32,000 nt of DNA from an uncultured Oscillospiraceae bacterium (GCA_934661135.1 CAKUJA010000005.1:1-32000); one strand, 5' to 3'; positions 15,791 through 25,183 are shown, counted from the first letter of the stretch. Program-made: numbers and translations. The notes: generated by a model from the sequence alone, not told the origin.

Positions 15791-17326
15791 TTAAGATTCG
15801 ATGGGGATGAGCAGCATCGTACCGGCCTCGATTTCCTCGCCGCTGATCTGATTTGCGTCGCAGAGGGCGCAGATGCTCGTGCTGTATTGCTTCGCAACCT
15901 CCCATACGGAGACCGCCGCAGGCACGGCTTTTACAATCACCGAAGGCCGCTGCACCGCTGACAGATCTGCCGGGTCGAGCGTGCCGCCGCTGAGACTGCG
16001 CAGACATTCGCGGGCATTGGTTTCCGTATCCAAATAGATCTCACAGCGCACCTCCGCAGCGCCGTCTCCGGCTGAGACATAGAGATCCTGAATCGGCAAA
16101 ACGCTGACCTGCAATTCCGTGCTGTCCGCTGCGCAGACGGTCGTCTCCACCTGCGCGGCACCGGTCGTGCCGACCAGCTTGCCGTTCCCGTCATAGCCGA
16201 GCACGCGGATTCCGACCGGGACGGAGACCTTGACGCCTGTCTCGCAGCGCTCTGTCCGCGCAAATCCCGGCATGATGGCAGTATCAAGCACACGTTGGAT
16301 TCCCTCGCAGCGCAGACTCTCGCGCAGCGGCAGACGGAGCGCTTGACGGTCAAGCCGGCAGTCGAAGCAATAGTCACTCCACTCCGGGTTCAGTGTGCCG
16401 CTCGTTGCAAACGCATCGTCACAAAACGGCAGCGTGGTCTGCTGCGAGACGATGCACTGTGCCAGCAGGTCGACGCTGATGAGCGCCGTGATACCGGACG
16501 AATCCGATTGCAGCTGCACATCGCAGCCGGTCACCGTCAACCCGACCGTCAGCGGATCGTCGTCATAGTCGCCCGCAAGCTGGCAATATTGGGAAAAGGG
16601 GAGCTGCGGCGCTGCGGTATACAGTGCGCCGTCGCTGCCGATATACAAAATACGGACGGCCAGAGTACCCTTGAAAACCGCCTTGCTGCCGACGATTCTC
16701 TGCTCCGTGATCACCGGCATGACCGTCGCTGACACAAGCTGCACCGCCGCAGCATTGCCGCTTTCTGCCGCAGCGCTGCCGCTAATTTGACTGTCATCGC
16801 TGACCAGGAACGATTTTTCTGCGGTTTCTGTGCGGCAGAGCAGCGGATAACTGCGGCAATGCAGCTGCAACTGCTGCGGCGTTTCGGTCAGCAGCGCAAT
16901 GCGGCATTCCTGCGGCAGATAGCCGCAGAGCTGCGCTGCCACTTCGGCACGGAACAATATTTTGCGGCTGTTTACAAGCCGCGCTTCCGCACTGCAAACG
17001 CGGCAGTCGAAGATGACCTGCGTCTGCTCCGTAATCTCCGGATTGTCCAACCGGAGCATAAAGGGAAGATAGGCTTCCAGCTTTCGCGGCTCGGAATCCT
17101 GCTCGGTGAGATAGAGGGCGCTGGCCTGTACGCCTCCGGTAAGTTCGATGCTGCCGTCACGGCAGGTTTTGCTGCGCACAACGGCCTGTGCGCAGCAGTA
17201 GACGACCTCGGTGGCGTCGGGAGAGGTGTCGGACACGATGACATCCTGCGTTTGTTCCTGACGGCAAATCCCCCGGACGCACTGGCGCAGAAACGAGAGG
17301 GGGCGGGTTTCAAATTCAAGCTCCAT
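15791..17326 (-). CDS. SipL-like sporulation protein (large N-terminal region plus C-terminal LysM domain)
   Basis: 511 aa. The C-terminal VWEVAKQYSTSICALCDANQISGEEIEAGTMLLIPI is LysM-like. It ends 21 nt upstream of spoIVA on the same strand. The SPOCS/DUF3794 assignment of the N-terminal part is inferred, not verified. Confidence 0.8.
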   Translation of the reverse strand: MELEFETRPLSFLRQCVRGICRQEQTQDVIVSDTSPDATEVVYCCAQAVVRSKTCRDGSIELTGGVQASALYLTEQDSEPRKLEAYLPFMLRLDNPEITEQTQVIFDCRVCSAEARLVNSRKILFRAEVAAQLCGYLPQECRIALLTETPQQLQLHCRSYPLLCRTETAEKSFLVSDDSQISGSAAAESGNAAAVQLVSATVMPVITEQRIVGSKAVFKGTLAVRILYIGSDGALYTAAPQLPFSQYCQLAGDYDDDPLTVGLTVTGCDVQLQSDSSGITALISVDLLAQCIVSQQTTLPFCDDAFATSGTLNPEWSDYCFDCRLDRQALRLPLRESLRCEGIQRVLDTAIMPGFARTERCETGVKVSVPVGIRVLGYDGNGKLVGTTGAAQVETTVCAADSTELQVSVLPIQDLYVSAGDGAAEVRCEIYLDTETNARECLRSLSGGTLDPADLSAVQRPSVIVKAVPAAVSVWEVAKQYSTSICALCDANQISGEEIEAGTMLLIPIES

Positions 17327-17401
17327 TGCGATTCACTCCTTGCTGTTGATGTCAATTGCGGTTTGCTATGGGATATATATGCCCGCATGGACAAGGATAT
17401 G

Positions 17402-17548
17402 TCAGCAGTCAGCAAGAAAAAAGCCAAGTACGATCAGCACCACGCCGACGAGCGTCCGCAGAAACCAGCCGCCGAACAGAAACGAGACAAGCAGGCCAAC
17501 GCCAACTCCAAGCGTCAATAAACCGAGTTTGGATGCTTTGCGGCACAT
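17402..17548 (-). CDS. small hydrophobic protein (48 aa, two predicted TM segments), hypothetical
   Basis: MCRKASKLGLLTLGVGVGLLVSFLFGGWFLRTLVGVVLIVLGFFLADC. GAGGTG lies 6 nt upstream of ATG 17548. It is below the ORF-track cut-off and sits upstream of the SipL-like gene. Confidence 0.4.
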   Translation of the reverse strand: MCRKASKLGLLTLGVGVGLLVSFLFGGWFLRTLVGVVLIVLGFFLADC

Positions 17549-17666
17549 AGCCATCACCTCAATGCAGTGTATGCAACTGGAGAAAAAAGGTTGCGTTTGG
17601 GGCGAAAAGTCTGTTTACAGGCAGGGGGAAATACAGTATAATACAGTCGATTGTGAGGTCATCAAC

Positions 17667-17933
17667 ATGAATGATAACGAAGCATGGCTGACCGTCCGGG
17701 AGATTCTGGACGACGACTATGGCTGCGAGGAACTGCCGGAGGGGACTGAACCGCTGGTGACTGTATTTTTTACGGAACCGGACGGGACAGAGCGGCAGAT
17801 GCACCTCGCGGATTGCGCGACGCGCGGCTGGAAGCCGGGGGACCGGATTTTTTGCGGCGCGGATGGCAGTCTGAGCAAAGCCGACGATGAGACTTGGAGG
17901 TTATCAAACGAATGCGCTACGCAGATTCCCTGA
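17667..17933 (+). CDS. hypothetical 88-aa protein upstream of and overlapping the hydrogenase gene
   Basis: ATG 17667 sits 8 nt after GAGG. MNDNEAWLTVREILDDDYGCEELPEGTEPLVTVFFTEPDGTERQMHLADCATRGWKPGDRIF. 22-nt overlap with the next gene. No family recognised with confidence. Confidence 0.5.
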   Translation: MNDNEAWLTVREILDDDYGCEELPEGTEPLVTVFFTEPDGTERQMHLADCATRGWKPGDRIFCGADGSLSKADDETWRLSNECATQIP

Positions 17934-19420
17934 TTACAGACATCCGAAAGCAGGTCTTTGCCGAGGTAGCAAGAATGGCCTATTCCGGAGATTATACGCA
18001 GATGGAGGACATTCCTTATAAAATTGTCCCCGGTGTGAACCCACGCCACCGCGAGTCGGTCTTTTTGGAGCGCGCCATTGCAGGCGAGCGCGTCCGTCTG
18101 GCGATGGGTCTTTCGCTCCAGCCGGTGCAGCAGCGTACGATGCTGACCGAGGGCATGGATCACGCGGCAATTGCAGAGCAGTATTATGAGCCGCCGCTCA
18201 TCAATATCATTCCATATGCCTGCCATGCCTGCCCAACGAAGCGCTATCAGGCGACGGGACTCTGTCAGGGATGCCTTGCAGCGTCGTGCCAGCGGGTATG
18301 TCCGAAGGGCGCGATCGACTTTGTGAACGGCAAGAGCCGGATTGACCAGGAGAAGTGCATCAAATGCGGCCGGTGCGCGGCGTCTTGCCCCTATCACGCG
18401 ATTGTAATGATCGAACGCCCTTGCCAGGCGGCTTGCGGGATGGACGCCATCGGCGTGGATGAATACGGCAAGGCGTGCATCGACTATGACCGCTGCGTTT
18501 CCTGCGGACAGTGCCTTGTGAGCTGCCCGTTCGGCGCAATTGTGGACAAGAGTCAGATCTACCAGATTGTGCGCTCAATTCTGGAGGGCAATGAGGTTGT
18601 GGCAATTGTGGCGCCGTCGTTTGCGGGGCAATTCGGCAAAAATGTGACGGCGGCGAAGTTTGTCGCGGCCATGAAGTCGCTCGGCTTTGCCGCGGTGGAG
18701 GAGGTCGCCATCGGCGCAGACATCTGTGCCGTGGAGGAAGCGAAGGACTATCTGGAAAAGGTACCGGCAGAGCAGCGGTTTTTGGCGACGTCGTGCTGCC
18801 CCTCGTGGCGGATGATGGCGCGGCGGCTGTTCCCGAAGGAATCCGGTAATATTTCGATGACCTATACGCCGATGGTCTATACGGCGCGGCTCGTCAAGCA
18901 GCAGCGGCCGGGATGCAAGGTCGTGTTCGTCGGGCCGTGCGCGGCAAAGAAGCTCGAAGCGATGCAGAAAGATCTGCGCAGCGACGTCGATTTTGTGCTG
19001 ACCTACGAAGAACTGATGGGTATTTTCGAGGCGAAGGAGCTTGACCTCGCCACGATTGAACCGGATCAGGAGTTGAAGGAGGGCACAAGCCTTGGCCGCG
19101 GCTTTGCGGCGGCAGGCGGCGTGGCGCTGGCAGTAGAGGATGTAATTCGTCAGACACACCCGGACGCAGAGGTCAAGGTGCAGCGCGCAGACGGACTTCG
19201 TGATTGCCGCAAGCTGCTGACGCTGGCGAAGGCGGGAAAGCTCGACGGCTATCTGCTGGAAGGCATGGCCTGCCCGGGCGGCTGCATTGCGGGCGCGGGA
19301 ACGATTATCCCGCCGGAGCAGGCGGCGAAAAGGCTGAAGGAGCACATGGCGCAGGCGCAGATCCATTCGAGCCTGAACAGTCCGTTTTGCCGCGAAACAG
19401 ACGAAGCTGACGAAAAATAA
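17912..19420 (+). CDS. monomeric [FeFe] hydrogenase (ferredoxin-like 4Fe-4S domains plus H-cluster domain)
   Basis: Multiple CxxCxxCxxxCP clusters (CIKCGRCAASCP, CVSCGQCLVSCP). H-cluster signatures TSCCPSW, GPCAAKKLE and EGMACPGGCIAGAG. ATG 17912 is preferred over the TTG at 17894. Confidence 0.92.
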   Translation: MRYADSLITDIRKQVFAEVARMAYSGDYTQMEDIPYKIVPGVNPRHRESVFLERAIAGERVRLAMGLSLQPVQQRTMLTEGMDHAAIAEQYYEPPLINIIPYACHACPTKRYQATGLCQGCLAASCQRVCPKGAIDFVNGKSRIDQEKCIKCGRCAASCPYHAIVMIERPCQAACGMDAIGVDEYGKACIDYDRCVSCGQCLVSCPFGAIVDKSQIYQIVRSILEGNEVVAIVAPSFAGQFGKNVTAAKFVAAMKSLGFAAVEEVAIGADICAVEEAKDYLEKVPAEQRFLATSCCPSWRMMARRLFPKESGNISMTYTPMVYTARLVKQQRPGCKVVFVGPCAAKKLEAMQKDLRSDVDFVLTYEELMGIFEAKELDLATIEPDQELKEGTSLGRGFAAAGGVALAVEDVIRQTHPDAEVKVQRADGLRDCRKLLTLAKAGKLDGYLLEGMACPGGCIAGAGTIIPPEQAAKRLKEHMAQAQIHSSLNSPFCRETDEADEK

Positions 19421-19455
19421 ATGCTCCGCAACTGACAGCGGATACCTGAACGTGC

Positions 19456-19489
19456 AAATGCCCCTGACGTAAAAACGTCAGGGGCATTT
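19456..19489. terminator. bidirectional intrinsic terminator after the hydrogenase gene
   Basis: 15-bp perfect stem aaatgcccctgacgt / acgtcaggggcattt with an AAAA loop. Confidence 0.75.
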
Positions 19490-19663
19490 CAACGTGTCAA
19501 AAAGTCTTTTCGCCCCGCTGCCCGTCCAACTTTTCAAACTTAAAAAGTTTGAAAAACTGCTTGATTGAACGCGAAGGGGGCTCTTTGCCCCTCATTCTTC
19601 CTCTGCGACTCTGTCGCAAGACTGCATTTCGGCGTTTTTTGACAGTCTCATTTTGCAATTGAT

Positions 19664-19981
19664 TCAGCGGCGCTTGCGCGGCTTGGGAAGCGGCGTATGC
19701 GCGAGGAGCAGCGGGACGAGCGCGGCAAGCAGCGGCTCATTATCGAGATCGAGACGGTAGGCTTCTTTTGCTCCCTCGTAGGGAACGCCGCAGGGTGCAG
19801 CAGTCATAAGCGATTCGATAGCGGGCAGCTTTTTGACGAAAACCGTGTTATCGCAGACCGTAAAAATCGGTTTTTCATTGACATAGATCACGTATTCACC
19901 GAACATCTTCCGGCTGCGCACATCGCCAAAGGGGACAAGGCGCATACAGACGGCGTCGGCGTATTCCCTTGTAGTTGCCAT
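19664..19981 (-). CDS. TfoX/Sxy N-terminal-domain family protein
   Basis: 105 aa. VRSRKMFGEYVIYVNEKPIFTVCDNTVFVKKL matches the TfoX_N pattern. Confidence 0.8.
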   Translation of the reverse strand: MATTREYADAVCMRLVPFGDVRSRKMFGEYVIYVNEKPIFTVCDNTVFVKKLPAIESLMTAAPCGVPYEGAKEAYRLDLDNEPLLAALVPLLLAHTPLPKPRKRR

Positions 19982-19984
19982 TGG

Positions 19985-20533
19985 CTACTCCTCCAAAGCA
20001 GCGGTTTCTGCCTGCCAGTCGGTCAGGGCAATCGATTCATAGTAGACGGTTTTGGTCTCGCCGGTGATTGGCCAGAGGACGTGATCTTCACGGTGGTGAG
20101 GGCGAAAGCCGCAGGACTCCATGCAGCGGCGCGACGGCTCGTTTCCGTCAAAGTAGGAGCACCAGACGCGCTGCGCGCCAAGCGCCGTGAAGCAGCGCGC
20201 TAGGAGTGCCTGCACGCACTCGCGCGCGGTGCCGCGCCGCCAGAACGCCTTTCCGACCCAGTAGCCAAGCTCCGGCTCATCGGTGACGCCGGAGGCTTGC
20301 GTCGGAAAAATGCCGCAGCTCCCGCGCAGCAGACCGTCGCGCCGGCCGAGGATGGCATAGGTCTCCGGGTCGGAGAGCACTGTCTGAATGATCTCGCGGC
20401 TGTTTTCTATGCTGGTGTGCGGATACCAGCCGGCGGGCGGACCGACGTCGGGATCGCGGGCAAGCTGATAGAGCGATTCTGCGTCCTCCGGCTGCCAGGG
20501 GCGGAGCCGAAAGCGCGGGGTGAGCAGTTCCAT
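19985..20533 (-). CDS. GNAT-family N-acetyltransferase (RimJ/RimL-like)
   Basis: 182 aa. TPRFRLRPWQPEDAESLYQLARDPDV and GYWVGKAFWRRGTARECVQAL are typical of the Acetyltransf_3 group. It ends 3 nt before the tfoX-like gene. Confidence 0.88.
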   Translation of the reverse strand: MELLTPRFRLRPWQPEDAESLYQLARDPDVGPPAGWYPHTSIENSREIIQTVLSDPETYAILGRRDGLLRGSCGIFPTQASGVTDEPELGYWVGKAFWRRGTARECVQALLARCFTALGAQRVWCSYFDGNEPSRRCMESCGFRPHHREDHVLWPITGETKTVYYESIALTDWQAETAALEE

Positions 20534-20593
20534 ACGACACCTCCAAATTAGGATACCTCCAAATTTGGCATATTATAGCATGGCGCGACACGA

Positions 20594-20622
20594 TTGACAA
20601 GCGGGAACGGCTGTGATAGCAT
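20594..20622 (+). promoter_or_regulatory. putative promoter of the GNAT-fusion gene
   Basis: TTGACA (20594-20599), 17-nt spacer, TAGCAT (20617-20622) preceded by TGa. Confidence 0.45.
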
Positions 20623-20651
20623 GAGGAAAACAAGAAAAAGGGGACTGTTCC

Positions 20652-22169
20652 GTGACGATTCGGCGAGCAGAGATGCAGGATCTTGCGGCGATTGCCGCGA
20701 TTTTTGAACACACCCATACGTGCGAGGAGCGCGGCGAGACACACATCGGCTGGATACGCGGGATCTACCCGACGGAGCAGACCGCGCGGGAAGCCATTGC
20801 GACCGGAGATCAGTTCGTCATGGAGGACGGCGGCACAGTTGTCGCGGCGGCGCGGATCAATCAGGTTCAGGTGGACTGCTACGCCGCGGCGCAGTGGGAC
20901 TATGATGCGCCGGAGCCGCAGGTGATGGTGCTGCACACACTGGTGGTGGAGCCGGCGGCGAAGGGACATGGCTACGGGACGCAGTTTGTCGCGTTTTATG
21001 AGCAGTATGCGCGGGAGCATGGCTGCCGGTATCTGCGGATGGACACAAATGTAATCAATCAGACCGCGCGGCGGCTCTACCACAGGCTCGGATACCATGA
21101 GGCTGGAATTGTGCCGACGGTATTTAACGGAATTCCGGGCGTCAAGCTGGTCTGCCTGGAGAAGAAATTGGAGGAGCAGCCATGGCGCGTATGCTACGGC
21201 GGCAACTTCTGGGCAGCGAACCCGTGCGGGGAACCGGGCAAAGAGCTGCCGCTCAATCGGAACCTTGTGTGGGGCGGCGCGGAATGGCGCGTCCTGAGTC
21301 TCTATCGTTGCGGAATGGGATTTGTGCTCGATCTGGCCAAGCACGTCCCGGCAGAGGATGTGCGCCGGTTCACGGAGCAATGGGCACCGCACGAAGCGGT
21401 GGGACTGACGCCGGAGCAGGAGGAACAGGCTATGCAGGCGTCGCCGTTTCACGACGACATCCGCGCGGCGCTTCTGGTCAATGGAGATACTATCCACAGT
21501 GAAGGCGGCTGCGGCTTTGCATGGGGCACGGCCGACGTACCGGATGCGGCGGAGCAGGCGGCGCTTGCACACTACGGTCTGGACGCGGCGGAATGCTGGC
21601 AGCTCTGGCGGTTTCGGTTCCCATTCGCGCGGCGGCAGACGATTGAAACGCTCTCGTTGACGCTCACCGCAGATCCAAACTGGCTGACCGGCGCGGCGTT
21701 TGCGGCGGAGACGGGACAGACGGTCTCGTTTTCGCACCCGGCGACAGGAGAGAACCATACGCTCACCGTTCTGGCGCTTGCACCGGAGGCGGTGGAGGTG
21801 TCCGGAATGCCGGGCGTACAGGAGTATCCGACACATTGTCTGCGGATGGACTATACCGTCTCTCCGGAGCTGCCGCGCAGCGCATTGCAGCTCCGGGACG
21901 CAGCGCCCGGTGATGCGCCGCGGCTGAAATTGCCGGAGGACGGCTGCGATGCGGTTCCCTTCGGCGGAGCGGCGTGTATCGGGATCATCGGCGGTGAGGA
22001 CGGGCCGACGGATGTGTTTGTGACCGACGGCGCGCCGCCGGACTGTTTGCGTGCCTACTCCAGTCTCTACTTTGAGCTGCCGAAGCAGATCACATGGTGG
22101 CTGCGGCTTTCGATAACGCCGCGGAAGCCGGTGACTGTGACGCTTCGATCAATCAATAATTATAAATAA
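20652..22169 (+). CDS. GNAT acetyltransferase domain fused to a ~340-aa uncharacterised C-terminal domain
   Basis: The N-terminal ~165 aa carry VLHTLVVEPAAKGHGYGTQFVAFYEQYAREHGCRYLRMDTNVINQTARRLYHRLGY. The remainder has no motif I recognise. GTG start. Confidence 0.85.
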   Translation: MTIRRAEMQDLAAIAAIFEHTHTCEERGETHIGWIRGIYPTEQTAREAIATGDQFVMEDGGTVVAAARINQVQVDCYAAAQWDYDAPEPQVMVLHTLVVEPAAKGHGYGTQFVAFYEQYAREHGCRYLRMDTNVINQTARRLYHRLGYHEAGIVPTVFNGIPGVKLVCLEKKLEEQPWRVCYGGNFWAANPCGEPGKELPLNRNLVWGGAEWRVLSLYRCGMGFVLDLAKHVPAEDVRRFTEQWAPHEAVGLTPEQEEQAMQASPFHDDIRAALLVNGDTIHSEGGCGFAWGTADVPDAAEQAALAHYGLDAAECWQLWRFRFPFARRQTIETLSLTLTADPNWLTGAAFAAETGQTVSFSHPATGENHTLTVLALAPEAVEVSGMPGVQEYPTHCLRMDYTVSPELPRSALQLRDAAPGDAPRLKLPEDGCDAVPFGGAACIGIIGGEDGPTDVFVTDGAPPDCLRAYSSLYFELPKQITWWLRLSITPRKPVTVTLRSINNYK

Positions 22170-22199
22170 TGATGTTCCACGGAACAGGGGGTTCGATTT

Positions 22200-23480
22200 A
22201 TGGCTGCTACAACGGATTTGAAACTGCAAAACCAAGTCATTTATTCCATCTATGTGCGAAACCACACGCCGGAGGGGACGTTCCGCGCGGTGATTCCCGA
22301 TCTTGACCGGATTCGTGCGCTCGGCACGGACATCATCTGGTTTATGCCGATTCATCCGATCGGTGTGAAGGGTAAAAAGGGGAGCCTTGGCTGCCCGTAT
22401 GCCAACCGGGACTACCGGACAACAAATCCCGAGTACGGCACGATGGAGGATTTTCGGGCGCTTGTCGACGAAATTCATGCGCGCGGCATGAAGTGCATGA
22501 TCGACGTGGTCTACAACCACACGTCGCCGGACTCCACGCTGCTGGCGGAGCACCCGGAGTTTTTCTACCGCGACGCAAACGGGAACCCCGGCAATAAGAT
22601 CGGCGACTGGGCTGACGTGGTCGACCTCGACTACCGCAACCGCGCGCTCTGGGCGTATCAGATCGAGTCGCTGACGATGTGGGCGAAGATCGTCGACGGG
22701 TTCCGCTGCGATGTGGCGTCGTTTGTGCCGGTGGAGTTCTGGCTGGCGGCGCGGCAGGCCGTGGCGAAGGTAAACCCGGACTGCATCTGGCTGGCTGAAA
22801 CCGTGCACAGCGGCTTTGGCTGCGCGGCGCGGCGCAGCGGGGTCTATTCGGCGCAGGACTATGAGATGTTCTCCGCATTTGACATGGAATATGACTACGA
22901 CACCCGGGAGGTATTTGACAAGTATCTGACCGGAAAGGCGACGCTGAGCCACTATCTCGATATGCTGAACTATCAGGAGGCCATGTACCCGGCAAATTAT
23001 AACAAGATGCGCTGTCTGGAAAATCACGACCAGCCGCGCATTGCGTCGTTTGTCAAGGACGAGGCGTCGCTGAAAAACTTCACGGCGATGCTCTACTTCC
23101 TGAAGGGGACGACGCTGATTTACGCCGGACAGGAATTTGAGAACGACCATGTTCCGAGCCTGTTTGATAAGGATGTGTTTGACCGCGAGACCGGACACGA
23201 CCTGAGCGCATATCTGCGGCGGCTGGATATGGTGAAGAAGCAGCTCGGCTGCGACGATTATTTCACCGCGAGGGCTGACGATGAGCACCAGATTGCGATT
23301 TTGAAGCGCGAGAGCGCGCAGGGGACGTTCTACGGCGTGTTCTCGCTGCGCGCGGCGGAAGCGGCGGTGGAGACCGGGCTGGCGGACGGCTGCTATATCA
23401 ACCTGATTGACGGCGAAAACGTGGAGGTGCGCGGCGGCGCGATCTTCTGCGCGGGCAAACCGATCATCATCAAGGAATGA
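22200..23480 (+). CDS. alpha-amylase family (GH13) glycoside hydrolase, cytoplasmic
   Basis: GH13 conserved regions DVVYNHTS, GFRCDVASFVP, WLAE and NHDQPR. No signal peptide. Confidence 0.92.
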   Translation: MAATTDLKLQNQVIYSIYVRNHTPEGTFRAVIPDLDRIRALGTDIIWFMPIHPIGVKGKKGSLGCPYANRDYRTTNPEYGTMEDFRALVDEIHARGMKCMIDVVYNHTSPDSTLLAEHPEFFYRDANGNPGNKIGDWADVVDLDYRNRALWAYQIESLTMWAKIVDGFRCDVASFVPVEFWLAARQAVAKVNPDCIWLAETVHSGFGCAARRSGVYSAQDYEMFSAFDMEYDYDTREVFDKYLTGKATLSHYLDMLNYQEAMYPANYNKMRCLENHDQPRIASFVKDEASLKNFTAMLYFLKGTTLIYAGQEFENDHVPSLFDKDVFDRETGHDLSAYLRRLDMVKKQLGCDDYFTARADDEHQIAILKRESAQGTFYGVFSLRAAEAAVETGLADGCYINLIDGENVEVRGGAIFCAGKPIIIKE

Positions 23481-23487
23481 GGGGCAT

Positions 23488-25071
23488 ATGAAAAAACGGA
23501 TTGTTTCGGTGCTTTTGGCGTTGGCGTTGCTGGTGCTGCTGCCGTGCGGCGTACTGGCAGCAGGGACAACGGAGCTGGATGGGACGGCGGCGTATCTGAC
23601 AAGCACGGTGACGCGGCCGGAGCTTGGCTCTGTCAGCGGCGACTGGACGGTCATCGGTTTGGCTCGAAGTGCCTGCCGCGTGCCGGACTCGTATTTTTCG
23701 GATTATGCGAAGCGCGTGGAACAGACGGTGAAGGACTGCGCCGGTGTGCTGAGCGAGCGGAAATATACCGAATATTCGCGCGTGATTCTCGCGCTGACCG
23801 CGATAGGGAAGAATCCGTCCAACGTGGGCGGCTACAATTTGCTGCGGCCGCTTGGAGACTACGAAAAGACGGTTTATCAGGGGATCAACGGCGCGATCTG
23901 GGCCCTGATTGCGCTGGACTCCGGCAACTACGAAATCCCGACAAACCGTGAGGCAAAGACGCAGGCAACACGGCAGCGCTATTTGGACGCGATTTTGACG
24001 AGTCAACTTTCGGATGGCGGCTGGTCGCTGTCCGGCAGCGGGGACGTTGACCCGGATGTGACGGCAATGGCGCTTCAGGCGCTTGCCGGGTACCGGGGGC
24101 AGAAGAAGGTGCAGGCCGCGGTGGACAAGGGCGTGAGCTGCCTGGCGGCGCTTCAGGACAGCCGGGGCGGATATGCATCGTGGGGTGTGCGGAACGCGGA
24201 GTCGACGGCGCAGGTGATTCTGGCGCTCTGTGCGCTGGGTATTTCGGCAGAGGACAGCCGGTTCGTCAAGGGCGGCAATACGCTGAAGGATGATCTGCTG
24301 CGGTACCGGCAGGCGGATGGCAGCTTCGTCCACACGGAGGACGGAAAAACCGGCAGCAGCCAGACGGCGACGGAGCAGGGATTTTTGGCGCTGACGGCGC
24401 TGGCGCGTGCAGAGCGCGGCGAGACGAGCATCTATCGGATGCAGGCGTCGGACGCGGCGCACGGGAAGCCGAATCCGGCGGTCTCGGTGCCGGCGGTGAG
24501 CAAGGCCGGGACAACCTTTGACGACATTCAGGGACATCAGAACCAGAGCGCGATTGAGGCACTGGCGGCGCGGGGAATTTTGAACGGCGTCGGAAAAACG
24601 GAGTTTCAGCCGAACCGCACGATGACGCGCGCGGAATTTGCGGCAACGGTGGCGCGGGCGCTGGGTCTGCCGCAAAAAAACGGGCAAAAATTTGCGGATG
24701 TTGCGGCAGGGAAGTGGTACGCTGCGGCAGTTGGTACGGCAAGCGCTTACGGCATTGTAAGCGGCGTCGGCGGCGGAAGATTCAATCCCAGCGGCACCAT
24801 CACGCGGCAGGAAGCGGCGGCGATGGTGGCACGCGCAGCGAAGCTCTGCGGTTTCGATACGGCACTTGCGGCTGCGGATACCGCAAAGACGCTTTCTCAG
24901 TTTGGAGATTACCGATCGGTTTCCGATTGGGCGCGCGAACCGGTTGCATTCTGCTATGCAAGCGGAATCTGTGATGCGGGCAGCGGCAGAATTGAGCCGG
25001 GGAAGGCAATTGCCCGATGTGAAATTGCGCAGATGATCTACAATCTGCTCCGTGTCGCAGACCTGATTTGA
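23488..25071 (+). CDS. secreted surface protein: prenyltransferase/terpene-cyclase-like repeats plus three C-terminal SLH domains
   Basis: Signal peptide MKKRIVSVLLALALLVLLPCGVLAAG. DGGWSL..DPDVTAMALQALA type repeats. SLH motifs FDDIQGH..AIEALAARGILNG, FADVAAGKWYAAAVGTASAYGIVSG and DWAREPVAFCYASGI. The start is 8 nt after the GH13 stop. Confidence 0.88.
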   Translation: MKKRIVSVLLALALLVLLPCGVLAAGTTELDGTAAYLTSTVTRPELGSVSGDWTVIGLARSACRVPDSYFSDYAKRVEQTVKDCAGVLSERKYTEYSRVILALTAIGKNPSNVGGYNLLRPLGDYEKTVYQGINGAIWALIALDSGNYEIPTNREAKTQATRQRYLDAILTSQLSDGGWSLSGSGDVDPDVTAMALQALAGYRGQKKVQAAVDKGVSCLAALQDSRGGYASWGVRNAESTAQVILALCALGISAEDSRFVKGGNTLKDDLLRYRQADGSFVHTEDGKTGSSQTATEQGFLALTALARAERGETSIYRMQASDAAHGKPNPAVSVPAVSKAGTTFDDIQGHQNQSAIEALAARGILNGVGKTEFQPNRTMTRAEFAATVARALGLPQKNGQKFADVAAGKWYAAAVGTASAYGIVSGVGGGRFNPSGTITRQEAAAMVARAAKLCGFDTALAAADTAKTLSQFGDYRSVSDWAREPVAFCYASGICDAGSGRIEPGKAIARCEIAQMIYNLLRVADLI

Positions 25072-25110
25072 AAAAGAGCATCCACCCGCTTCCGGTGGAT
25101 GCTCTTTTTT
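25071..25110 (+). terminator. intrinsic terminator after the SLH protein gene
   Basis: agagcatccacc / ggtggatgctct 12-bp stem flanked by AAAA and TTTTT. Confidence 0.8.
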
Positions 25111-25183
25111 GCGCACGGCGGAACAGAATGCTTTCCTTCCCGGCGCGCATATGGTAGAATGAAGGAAAAGGGGGGGTGGTACG

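Noticed and set aside
17340-17666. N-terminal 109-codon extension of the 88-aa ORF, and ORF 16787-17521
   Set aside because: They overlap the SipL-like gene start and the small membrane ORF on the other strand. They have no RBS and a basic low-complexity sequence.
20539-20565. 11-bp direct repeat ACCTCCAAATT x2 in the divergent GNAT promoter region
   Set aside because: On the minus strand these are two Shine-Dalgarno-like AATTTGGAGGT units. The proximal one is the RBS of the GNAT gene. The duplication is too short to assign further meaning.
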